This document shows, in pieces, positions 15,989 to 24,263 of a DNA stretch of 48,555 nt. The DNA is from a virus. Lineage: Duplodnaviria > Caudoviricetes. The stretch lies in IMG/VR virus record IMGVR_UViG_3300042363_000610, positions 1-48,555 of that record; one strand, 5' to 3'. Each line of letters begins with the position of its first letter. Position 1 is the first letter of the stretch. The translations under genes were made by a program, and so were the position numbers. The notes beneath the pieces were generated by a model. That model searched no databases and had not been told where the DNA came from. It was given only the letters and a program-made list of their open reading frames with translations.

Positions 15989-16845
15989 GGCTTGGCGTCC
16001 AGCTTGGCGATGACGGCGCGGGCGGTCATGCAGTCAGCCAGCGTCAGAAGGAGTTTCCCGCCGCGCCCTTGATATAGTTCGATCTGATCATGCGGCGTTT
16101 CATTAGTGCCGTATGCCCAATGCTTGCGCGCCTCGTCGTCCAGTTCGTTTTTATCAAAAGCGTCTGCAATGACCGCCAAAGGCCGCAGCGCCTCCACCAG
16201 TTCCCCCATCGCGGGGGCGGGCGTGTCGAGGGCGGCGAGGATGCGGGCTTCGTAGTCGGCTTGCGCGGCGGCTTTGGCTTCGTCCTTGGTGTGGTAAAAT
16301 CCGTCAACCCCAGCGAAGCCCCATTTCTGCTGCGAACCCCACCAAGCCTTGAAAACGAAATAGTGTTTGCCCATTCCGGTATCTGCGGTCCATTTGGGAT
16401 AGTTGGGGTCGCGGTCAGGTTCTTCTTCCCACTCCAGCGGCTTCACCCGCACCCCCGGCGCAACGGCTGGGAGGGCGGCAAGGCACACAAACTCGGACAA
16501 TGAAGTTTCGTGAGACATCTGCGCCGCATCTTTGGCAACATCGACGGATGAGGCGTCATGCCATTCGCCCATGTATCGGGACTGCCAGCGCACCGCCCCG
16601 GTCACGTCGGTTTGAATGCGATAGACTGAGCCTGCGCCGGAAGCCTCAAGCGTTCTGTCGCTGATCTGCTCCCACACCAGCGGCTTCACCCGCACCCCCG
16701 GCGCAACTGCGGGAAGGGCGGCGATGGCCTGATGCAGTTCTTGGATTGCCATCCACGCGCCGCAAGGGTTCGCCTCAACGTCCATTTGCGTGTCAAATTC
16801 TTCGGCCAGCGTTGTCGCCCGCCGGATCAGATCATCCGCGCTCAT
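15985..16845 (-). CDS. Mosaic early protein with duplicated AALPAVAPGVRVKPLxWE module
   Basis: Two copies 81 codons apart; EAKAAAQADYEARILAAL motif; ATG at 16845. Confidence 0.8.
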   Translation of the reverse strand: MSADDLIRRATTLAEEFDTQMDVEANPCGAWMAIQELHQAIAALPAVAPGVRVKPLVWEQISDRTLEASGAGSVYRIQTDVTGAVRWQSRYMGEWHDASSVDVAKDAAQMSHETSLSEFVCLAALPAVAPGVRVKPLEWEEEPDRDPNYPKWTADTGMGKHYFVFKAWWGSQQKWGFAGVDGFYHTKDEAKAAAQADYEARILAALDTPAPAMGELVEALRPLAVIADAFDKNELDDEARKHWAYGTNETPHDQIELYQGRGGKLLLTLADCMTARAVIAKLDAKP

Positions 16846-16991
16846 TGCCCCGCCCCCCACGGCAGAACAAACAGGACGAAAAACAGACCGGCTAGGGCCA
16901 CGGCTCCGATCACGTCATCCAGTTCGATCTTCGGCAGGATCTTCGGCTGGGGCCGGATCAGGGCGCGGGACAGGAATTCGTCGGGGTCCAT
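16842..16991 (-). CDS. Small membrane protein
   Basis: MDPDEFLSRAL...DDVIGAVALAGLFFVLFVLPW; GGAG SD. Confidence 0.65.
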   Translation of the reverse strand: MDPDEFLSRALIRPQPKILPKIELDDVIGAVALAGLFFVLFVLPWGAGQ

Positions 16992-17049
16992 CGGTATCTC
17001 CATGCTGGCACTCGGGATGTCGGCCCGCGCGGGGCCGATCACCGGAATG

Positions 17050-17286
17050 TCAGGCGGCTATGAACGCGCCGATCTGTTCGCGATACCTTGCCTCTGCATC
17101 TGCCGCGTCGGCATATGCAGCCCAGATTTCAGGCGTGTGTGTCGCGCGGGGGTCGGCGGTCACTCGGGGATCATTCATCAGCGCGCGGTATGCCTTGCGT
17201 TCGGCATTTTTCAAGGCGTCAAGATGGGCGCGCTGATCGGCGGGAAGCTTGGCTTCGATCATCTTCAGGCGGGCGGTGCGGGTCAT
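17050..17286 (-). CDS. Hypothetical protein
   Basis: 78 aa, AGGAG SD, first gene after an operator-controlled promoter. Confidence 0.75.
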   Translation of the reverse strand: MTRTARLKMIEAKLPADQRAHLDALKNAERKAYRALMNDPRVTADPRATHTPEIWAAYADAADAEARYREQIGAFIAA

Positions 17287-17307
17287 CTCAAGTTCTCCTA
17301 TCGGCGC

Positions 17308-17351
17308 GTTGTCGATTTCACAACATTATCCGCATATATTCCTACGGTCAA
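17308..17351 (-). promoter_or_regulatory. Leftward promoter with operator
   Basis: Minus strand TTGACC-N17-TAATGT; operator GTTGTCGATTTCACAAC at 17308-17324. Confidence 0.75.
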
Positions 17352-17359
17352 TGGGTTTT

Positions 17360-17623
17360 TTATTCGGCCTTCATCATCGCCGCGATCTGCTCTTTCGACA
17401 CTCGCAGCGCCATCGCTGCCGCCCTGCGTGACGGATACTGAACCCCGTCGATCTCGACCGGCAGGGCTATCCTGCGGCCACGGGGCGACAGTCCTACGCG
17501 GTCCTGGGTGCCTGCCTCAAGGGCCTTCTGGACGGTCGTGTAGTGAACGCCTAGCGCGGCGGCTGCGGCCCTCTGCGACGGATACAGGACGCCACGGATT
17601 AGGGTCGGGACAGGATCGAACAT
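17360..17623 (-). CDS. Tandem NUMOD1-like HTH DNA-binding protein
   Basis: Two copies of Px.I.GV.YPS.RAAA.AL.V. Confidence 0.75.
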   Translation of the reverse strand: MFDPVPTLIRGVLYPSQRAAAAALGVHYTTVQKALEAGTQDRVGLSPRGRRIALPVEIDGVQYPSRRAAAMALRVSKEQIAAMMKAE

Positions 17624-17878
17624 TCAAATATCCTCGCCTGCGATCCGCGCCGTGTTTACCTCGGCTGGGCTGATCCCAGAAAACCTGAGTAAATACCCAT
17701 CGTCCACCTTCACGGATTTAACTGCCAGCGTTCCCGGCCTATTTCGTTTCCAGTTGGCAAACGCGCTCATGTAATAAACCCGCGCCTGTGCCGTGCGGAC
17801 TTTCAGGACATCGCCCGCGCGGCGTTTGTGGAATTCGTATTTAATCTTCGGGCGGCGTTTCCGATCCCCCTCACTCAT
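17624..17878 (-). CDS. Hypothetical protein (paralogue of 18399..18713)
   Basis: KYEFHKRRAGDVLKV...SAFANW; ATG at 17878 with GGAG SD. Confidence 0.7.
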   Translation of the reverse strand: MSEGDRKRRPKIKYEFHKRRAGDVLKVRTAQARVYYMSAFANWKRNRPGTLAVKSVKVDDGYLLRFSGISPAEVNTARIAGEDI

Positions 17879-18116
17879 CGAATTCTCCATCTCCATAATC
17901 GTCATCGCCCCAATCCTTAAACTCCCCGGCGTCTTCGTTTTCCTGATACCCAGCATGGTATTCCGCGATCTCTTCTGGCGTCAGGTCTGTGATCTCTTGC
18001 CGCCCGATACCGTCCAGCCATTTGTGCGGGCGCGGGACGCGGTGGTAATAGCTGTCTGCCCTGCCACGATCTCGCGGCGATCCGTGGGGTGGCAGGGCGG
18101 CGGGGGTGCAGGTCAC
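17871..18116 (-). CDS. Hypothetical protein
   Basis: HGSPRDRGRADSYYHR...LTPEEIAEYHAGY...KDWG, a recognisable conserved phage motif. Confidence 0.75.
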   Translation of the reverse strand: MTCTPAALPPHGSPRDRGRADSYYHRVPRPHKWLDGIGRQEITDLTPEEIAEYHAGYQENEDAGEFKDWGDDDYGDGEFDE

Positions 18117-18397
18117 GATTTTCCCCCTCTCTCAATCTGGATCGGCGCGTCTTCTTCTCGGTCAAACGGCCATTCGTCGCCATAGATTACGACCAGCCAT
18201 CCATCAATGCCGGATACGCTCTTTCCGCGAACGACAGACGTTCTCAGGTTCAATCCCTTCCTTCTGATCTTCGTTGATGCTGCGCCTCTGCATATATCGA
18301 CCTCCTTTCTGGATGTGCAGAACATCAAGACACCAGGGCGCAAGTCCTGCATGGACACGCAGTTCTCGACTGTCATGCGGGGATAATTGTCGGCCAT
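18113..18397 (-). CDS. Hypothetical protein
   Basis: 94 aa, coupled to neighbours. Confidence 0.7.
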   Translation of the reverse strand: MADNYPRMTVENCVSMQDLRPGVLMFCTSRKEVDICRGAASTKIRRKGLNLRTSVVRGKSVSGIDGWLVVIYGDEWPFDREEDAPIQIERGGKS

Positions 18398-18398
18398 C

Positions 18399-18713
18399 TC
18401 AGATGTCCCCCGGTGCGTCGCACTTCTCAGCCGTCTTCAGTGCGTCATGCGACTTCGACTTGAACCATATCCGGTATCCCGGCCCCTTGGGGTCTTCCTC
18501 GCCAACCTGCGCGCTGGTGGCATAAGCCCCATCCCTGCGCGGGGTCAGCTTCTTTTCGACACCCCGAAGCACCCAGTAGCGGAACGCTGCCAGCACCCGG
18601 CATCGCTCGTCGTGCGTCTTCACATGCAGGCTTGCCCCTGGGCGTATCTTGTCGAAGTCATATCGGGCGCGCGCCTTCTTGTGATCCTCTGCTACGTCAT
18701 ATTCAAAATCCAT
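18399..18713 (-). CDS. Hypothetical protein
   Basis: RYDFDKIRPGASLHV...AAFRYW; GAGG SD. Confidence 0.75.
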   Translation of the reverse strand: MDFEYDVAEDHKKARARYDFDKIRPGASLHVKTHDERCRVLAAFRYWVLRGVEKKLTPRRDGAYATSAQVGEEDPKGPGYRIWFKSKSHDALKTAEKCDAPGDI

Positions 18714-18726
18714 GTTGACCTCATGT

Positions 18727-18769
18727 GTTGCGATACCAGCAACATCACCGCAACACGGCCTTTAGTCAA
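18727..18769 (-). promoter_or_regulatory. Leftward promoter with operator
   Basis: Minus strand TTGACT at 18769-18764; operator GTTGCGATACCAGCAAC at 18727-18743. Confidence 0.65.
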
Positions 18770-18779
18770 TACGGTATCT

Positions 18780-19070
18780 GCATAAACGCTTCAGTTTTTA
18801 GGGTAACAAGCTGAAGTTAAAGCGTTCAAAGTCAAGCGGAAGCAAGAGATAACTTTAGAATTGTGGAGTAACAGGTCAGACTTTGTGTAGAAACCCATTT
18901 TTCTCTTTGTTTTCTTATACTTAGATATAAAGGGAATGTTAGAGATAGGGTAGGGGGTTCAATGAGAGAAGTAAGAGAGATAAAAAAGAAGGGGGAGAGA
19001 GACAATACTACAGTGGAGTAGGAATGGCCTCTCTAACATTCCCTTTTTTTGTAAGGCCAAAACTGAACCG
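18780..19070. other. AT-rich noncoding region with a 17-bp inverted repeat; candidate replication origin or pac region
   Basis: AAAGGGAATGTTAGAGA (18929-18945) and TCTCTAACATTCCCTTT (19030-19046) bracket a purine-rich tract; several TAAC motifs. Confidence 0.55.
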
Positions 19071-19167
19071 TTCAGTTCAAATGTGGCGATCTCAGCAACA
19101 CGCCCCCAAATTCCATCAGACAACCTTCAGGCATGTATTCCTTGGCCGATCTGAAGAGGCTGGGAAG

Positions 19168-19695
19168 ATGTCCGATAACCTAACGCCTTTGCAGGCGCGC
19201 TTTGTCGAAGAATACCTGATCGACCTGAACGCAACTCAGGCCGCGAAACGCGCTGGATCGAAGGCGAAGAACCTGACGGTCGCAGGCGCGGAGTTCCTTG
19301 CTAATCCTAACATCCAGGCCGCTATCGATCAGGCCAAGCTGGAACGGTCGAAGGAAACGAAGATCGATGCCGCCTGGGTGCTTACGCGCCTGGCCGAAGA
19401 GGCAACGGCAGACGTGGGCGATCTGTATCATGCGGATGGTCATCTGAAGCCGATCAATGAGTGGCCGAAGATTTGGCGGCAGGGTCTGGTTGCAGGGATC
19501 GATGTGGAGGAAATCCAGGTCGAAGGCGTGAAGATGGGCGAGATCAAGAAAATCCGCCTATCCGACCGCATCCGTCGCCTGGAACTGATCGGCAAGCATG
19601 TGAAGGTGAACGCCTTTCAGGAAGTGGTGCAGCACAAGGGGCTGGAAGGTCTGGCTGATCGGCTGGCGCGGGCGAAAAAACGGTCGCCGGAATGA
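19168..19695 (+). CDS. terS: Terminase small subunit
   Basis: LTPLQARFVEEYLIDLNATQAAKRAG; DRIRRLELIGKH. Confidence 0.93.
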   Translation: MSDNLTPLQARFVEEYLIDLNATQAAKRAGSKAKNLTVAGAEFLANPNIQAAIDQAKLERSKETKIDAAWVLTRLAEEATADVGDLYHADGHLKPINEWPKIWRQGLVAGIDVEEIQVEGVKMGEIKKIRLSDRIRRLELIGKHVKVNAFQEVVQHKGLEGLADRLARAKKRSPE

Positions 19696-21173
19696 ACGCC
19701 CATAACCGGATCGATCCCGAACAAGAGATCATCGAACTGGCTGCGGAATGCCAATTCGATCCGCTGCGCTGGTCGCATATCGCATGGGATTGGGGATATG
19801 GCGAACTGTCGGATTATGACGGGCCGCGCGAATGGCAGGAAGACATCTTCCAAATAATCCGCGATCACCTGGCCAATCCTGAAACTCGGTATCAGCCATT
19901 GCAGATCGCGGTGGCATCTGGCCACGGGATCGGGAAATCCGCTTCAATGGGAATGCTGTCCAATTGGGCGATGTCGTGCTGGGATGATGCGAAGATCGTC
20001 ACCACGGCAAACACCGATGGCCAGTTGAAAACAAAGACCGGCCCTGAAATCGGCAAATGGTTCCGAACGTCGATCACGTCGCATTGGTTCGATGTCCAGA
20101 CGACATCGATAAAATCGCGCGATCCGTCCAGATCGGAAAGCTGGCGGCAGGATTTCATTCCGTGGTCGGAACACAACACCGAAGCCTTTGCCGGTCTGCA
20201 CAATAAGGGCAAGATCATCGTCCTGGAATTCGATGAGGCATCGAAGATCGCCGATAAGGTCTGGGAAGTCGCTGAAGGCGCGATGACCGACGAAGGCACG
20301 GTGATCATCTGGATCGTCTATGGAAACCCGACGCGCAACAGCGGGCGGTTCCGCGAATGCTTCCGTCGCTTCCGTCATCGCTGGATCGGTCGGCAGATCG
20401 ACAGCCGAACCGTGCCAGGCACGAACAAGACCTTCCTTCAGCGCCTGGTCGATGACCACGGCGAAGACAGCGACATCGTTAAAGTCCGCGTTCGCGGCCA
20501 ATTCCCGAGCCAATCCGCCATGCAGTTCATCAGCGCCGAAGATGCCGACAACGCCCGCAACCGTCACCTGAAGCCGGGGCAATTCAGCTTCGCGCCGAAG
20601 ATCATCGGCGTCGATCCTGCATGGACAGGCGATGACAGCCTGGAAATCGTGCTGCGGCAGGGGCTGATGTCGAAGTCACTGGCAAGCCTGCCGCGCAACG
20701 ACAACGATGTTCAGGTGGCGAACCTGATCGCGCGGCTGGAAGATGAGCATCAGGCCGATGCCGTCTTCATCGACGCGGGCTATGGCACGGGCATCAAGTC
20801 TGCTGGCGATGTCATGGGCAGGACGTGGCGGCTGATCTGGTTCAGCGGGAAGCCCATCGATCCCGGCTATTTCAACAAGCGGGCTGAGATGTGGGGGACG
20901 ATGAAGCGGTGGCTGAAGGATGGCGGTGCCATCGATCCCGCCGATGAAGCCCTGTATCAAGACCTGATTGGGCCGGAAACCGTCGCGCGGCTGGACGGGA
21001 AAATCCTTCTGGAAAGCAAAGAGGACATGAAGGATCGCGGCCTGCCTTCGCCAAACAAGGGCGATGCGCTGGCGCTGACGTTCGCTGAACCGGTTGCGAA
21101 GAAACAGCATTACGCCTCGGTTCATGGCGGCAACCATCATCAGGCACAAGTCGATTACAACCCGCTGGGATAG
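19692..21173 (+). CDS. terL: Terminase large subunit
   Basis: ASGHGIGKS, FDEAS, GNPTRNSG, GVDPA, SPNKGDALALTFA. Confidence 0.95.
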   Translation: MNAHNRIDPEQEIIELAAECQFDPLRWSHIAWDWGYGELSDYDGPREWQEDIFQIIRDHLANPETRYQPLQIAVASGHGIGKSASMGMLSNWAMSCWDDAKIVTTANTDGQLKTKTGPEIGKWFRTSITSHWFDVQTTSIKSRDPSRSESWRQDFIPWSEHNTEAFAGLHNKGKIIVLEFDEASKIADKVWEVAEGAMTDEGTVIIWIVYGNPTRNSGRFRECFRRFRHRWIGRQIDSRTVPGTNKTFLQRLVDDHGEDSDIVKVRVRGQFPSQSAMQFISAEDADNARNRHLKPGQFSFAPKIIGVDPAWTGDDSLEIVLRQGLMSKSLASLPRNDNDVQVANLIARLEDEHQADAVFIDAGYGTGIKSAGDVMGRTWRLIWFSGKPIDPGYFNKRAEMWGTMKRWLKDGGAIDPADEALYQDLIGPETVARLDGKILLESKEDMKDRGLPSPNKGDALALTFAEPVAKKQHYASVHGGNHHQAQVDYNPLG

Positions 21174-21177
21174 GCAG

Positions 21178-21285
21178 ATGCTTGGACGGATTTCATACTG
21201 GATCGTCACCACGTTCGGCAGTGCGCCCTTCGCGCTGCTGATCGTTCTCGCCTTCGCCCTCGCAATCCTCTCCAACTTCTGGTGA
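21178..21285 (+). CDS. Small 35-aa membrane protein
   Basis: MLGRISYWIVTTFGSAPFALLIVLAFALAILSNFW. Confidence 0.6.
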   Translation: MLGRISYWIVTTFGSAPFALLIVLAFALAILSNFW

Positions 21286-21290
21286 TCCCT

Positions 21291-21512
21291 ATGTGCACGA
21301 TGCGCCAACCGAAGATGCCTGATCCGCCTGCGCCGCCTGAGATCGTGCCGCCTACCCAGATGGCCGCGCCTCAGACGCCTGAAGCTGCGTCTCGCACGGC
21401 TGGCAGTCAACAGCGCAACCGGATGCGGTCTGCCGCTTCGACCGTGCTGACCTCTGGCAGTGGTGTTCTCGACACCGCGCCGACTGACAAGAAAACACTG
21501 CTCGGTGCCTGA
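21291..21512 (+). CDS. Small pre-portal protein
   Basis: MC...Pro-rich...STVLTSGSGV...KKTLLG, typical of BPP-1/epsilon15-like phages. Confidence 0.8.
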   Translation: MCTMRQPKMPDPPAPPEIVPPTQMAAPQTPEAASRTAGSQQRNRMRSAASTVLTSGSGVLDTAPTDKKTLLGA

Positions 21513-21513
21513 T

Positions 21514-23208
21514 ATGCAAACCAACGCCCCGGCGAATGAAAAGCAGGTGCAGTATCACCGCCGCCGCCTTGAAGAACTCAAGTCGGTTCGTTCGCCGTGG
21601 GAAGCGACGTGGCAGGGTCTGGCCGATCACATTGAACCGACGCGCCTGCGGTTGCAGTCGCAGAACGAAGGGCCGATCTCGCGCGCGAAAATTCTGGACA
21701 GTAGCGCGACCTTCGCCCTGAAGACGCTGGCATCGGGGATGCACTCAGGCATCACATCGCCCGCGCGGCCTTGGTTCCGCCTGACCACGTTCGACCCTGA
21801 CCTGAAGGATTACGGTCCGGTGAAAACGTGGCTGTCTGCCGTCGAACAGCGGATGCGCGAAGTCTATCAGAAGTCGAATGTGTATCCCTCGTTCCACACG
21901 GGTTATGGCGATCTTGGCCAGTTCGGGCAGTCTTGCGGCATCCTGTCGGAAGACACGGATACGGTGGTGCGGATGCAGCAACTGCTTCATGGCCGGTTCT
22001 GGATAGCCCGCGATGAGAAGGGCCGCACCACGACGCTGTATCGGCAGTTCAAGTGGTCGGTGCAGCGTATCGTGAACCGGTTCGGGTATGACGCCTGTTC
22101 GAAGGCGGTGAAGGATCAGTGGGATCGCGGGAACTACGGCAAGACGTTCGACATCTGCCACGCGATTGAACCGCGCCTGTCGCGTGAGCCTGGCCGGATC
22201 GACAAGCGGAACAAACCGTTCCTGTCGAACTATTGGGAACACAACCACGCGAATGATGATCGCCTGCTGGAAGAAAGCGGGTTCGATGAAAACCCGATCA
22301 TCGCGCCGGGGTGGGAAATCGCGGGCGATGATGACTATGCGAACTCGCCGGGGCAGATCGCGCTGGGCGATGTGAAGATGCTTCAGGTGGAACAGACGCG
22401 GAAGCTGGAAGGCATCGACAAGATCGTTCGCCCGCCCATGACTGGCCCCACGTCGATGCGGAACAACCCGACATCGCTGCTTCCCGGTGCTGTGACCTAC
22501 GTCGATGATCCGACTGGCAAGGGGTTCCGTCCTGCTATGGAAGTGAACCTGCGGCTGTCGGAACTGGCTGCTGACATCCGCGAAACGCAGGAACGGATCA
22601 ACCGCGCGTTCTATGCCGACCTGTTCCTGATGATCAGTCAGATGGAAGGCATCCAGCCGCGCAATCAATTCGAGATCGCCGAACGCAAGGAAGAAAAGCT
22701 TCTTGCCTTGGGGCCGGTGCTGGAAAACGTGTATGGTGGCCAGCTTGGGCCAGTGATCGACCGGACGTTCAACATCCTGGAACGTCGCCGCGAATTGCCG
22801 CCGCCGCCGCCTGAACTGGAAGGCGTTGATCTTCAGATCGAATACATCTCCATCCTCGCGCAAGCCCAGAAGGCCGTGGCGACGGGCGCTGTCGAACGGG
22901 TGACGGCATACATCGGCAACCTCGCTGCGGTGAAGCCTGACGTGCTGGACAAGTTCGATGCTGATGAAGCGGTCGATCAGTATGCCGACATGGTGGGTGC
23001 GCCTCCGTCGATCATCGTGCCTGATGACAAGGTGAAGGCTGCGCGTGACGCCCGCGCCCAGCGTCAACAGGCGATGGAACAGGCAGAGATGGCCGCGACC
23101 GTCGCGCCTGCTGCGAAAGCCGGGGCTGAAGCTGCTGCTGTGATGGCCGATGCACGGAACGCGCCGGGCGGCTCGTCGCTGCTGCAAACCTTGGGGATCA
23201 GCGGATGA
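21514..23208 (+). CDS. Portal (head-tail connector)
   Basis: LASGMHSGITSPARPWFRL, AFYADLF, ERKEEKLLALGPVLE, IEYISILAQAQK. Confidence 0.93.
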   Translation: MQTNAPANEKQVQYHRRRLEELKSVRSPWEATWQGLADHIEPTRLRLQSQNEGPISRAKILDSSATFALKTLASGMHSGITSPARPWFRLTTFDPDLKDYGPVKTWLSAVEQRMREVYQKSNVYPSFHTGYGDLGQFGQSCGILSEDTDTVVRMQQLLHGRFWIARDEKGRTTTLYRQFKWSVQRIVNRFGYDACSKAVKDQWDRGNYGKTFDICHAIEPRLSREPGRIDKRNKPFLSNYWEHNHANDDRLLEESGFDENPIIAPGWEIAGDDDYANSPGQIALGDVKMLQVEQTRKLEGIDKIVRPPMTGPTSMRNNPTSLLPGAVTYVDDPTGKGFRPAMEVNLRLSELAADIRETQERINRAFYADLFLMISQMEGIQPRNQFEIAERKEEKLLALGPVLENVYGGQLGPVIDRTFNILERRRELPPPPPELEGVDLQIEYISILAQAQKAVATGAVERVTAYIGNLAAVKPDVLDKFDADEAVDQYADMVGAPPSIIVPDDKVKAARDARAQRQQAMEQAEMAATVAPAAKAGAEAAAVMADARNAPGGSSLLQTLGISG

Positions 23209-23519
23209 CGGGCGAAGAACAGAAGCGAGAATGGCAGGACACGCTTGATGCGTTCAAGGCCGTGCTGACCACACCGCAAGGCAAGCGTGTGCTGTTCTGG
23301 GTGCTGGAACAGGCGGCGATCTACCGCGATGCGTTCACGGGTGACAGGTCGGCAACTGATTATGTGCTTGGTCAACAGGCGATTGGTCGGCGGCTGATCG
23401 GTGTGCTGGATGAGATCGATCCTCGCACCTATCCGCGCCTGCTGTTGGACATGGCCGATCTGAAGGCAATGGAACGCGCTGCAATGGCGCAAGATGAGGA
23501 AGACGATGATGAAGCGTAA
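23205..23519 (+). CDS. Bbp19-like protein
   Basis: VLTTPQGKRVLFWVLEQA...GQQAIG; located after the portal. Confidence 0.8.
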   Translation: MTGEEQKREWQDTLDAFKAVLTTPQGKRVLFWVLEQAAIYRDAFTGDRSATDYVLGQQAIGRRLIGVLDEIDPRTYPRLLLDMADLKAMERAAMAQDEEDDDEA

Positions 23520-24258
23520 CTGGATGATCTCGCCTGTCTGGAATGCTGAAGGTGGCGCTGGTGGCGCTGCTGATCCCGCGCCTGCGCCTGATGCTGGGTC
23601 TGTGCTGTTCCCGAACGACAAGCCCGCCGATCCGCCTGCCGATCCTGCTGCTGCGCCCGCTGCTGGCGAGTGGAAGGAATATCAGGACGATCCTGCAAAA
23701 TCGGCTGAAGAGAACGCGGCTGCGAAGGCCGAACATGACAAGACCAAGCCCGCGCCCGCCGATGATCCGGCTGCGAAGGTTCCCGAAGACGGGAAGTATG
23801 ATCTGAAGATGCCTGATGGTGTCGAACTCGATACCGAACTGGCCGAAGCCCTTGGGCCTGAATTCAAGGAACTCGGCCTGACACATGCCCAAGCGCAGAA
23901 GCTGGTGGACAAATACATCGGCATTCAACAGGCGCGGGCTGGAAAACAATCCGACGACTTCGGGAAGATCGTGGAAGGCTGGGCCGATACCGCGAAGAAA
24001 GACCCTGAGATCGGCGGCGATAAATGGGATGGGTCGGTTCTGGCCGCGCGGCGCGCTGTGGATCGTCTCGGAACGCCTGCGCTGAAGGAATATCTGAATG
24101 CGAGTGGTGGCGGCAACCATCCTGAACTTATCCGTTTCATGGCAAAGGCCGGGGCCATGATCGCGGAAGACAACCCGGCAAGCGGTGGGGCAGGTGGGGC
24201 GGGCAAACCCGCTGAAGCTGCTTACACCTTGTTCCCGTCTGACGCACCGAAAGGTTAA
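23506..24258 (+). CDS. Capsid assembly scaffold protein
   Basis: Ala/Pro-rich N-terminus; FKELGLTHAQAQKLVD; GNHPELIRFM; precedes the major capsid gene. Confidence 0.85.
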   Translation: MMKRNWMISPVWNAEGGAGGAADPAPAPDAGSVLFPNDKPADPPADPAAAPAAGEWKEYQDDPAKSAEENAAAKAEHDKTKPAPADDPAAKVPEDGKYDLKMPDGVELDTELAEALGPEFKELGLTHAQAQKLVDKYIGIQQARAGKQSDDFGKIVEGWADTAKKDPEIGGDKWDGSVLAARRAVDRLGTPALKEYLNASGGGNHPELIRFMAKAGAMIAEDNPASGGAGGAGKPAEAAYTLFPSDAPKG

Positions 24259-24263
24259 AATAC

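Noticed and set aside
19024-19167. Extended N-termini in the ORF track (terS from 19024; likewise 21460, 27862, 31198, 43485, 44960)
   Set aside because: Downstream ATGs have SD sequences or stop-start coupling and match the expected family N-termini.
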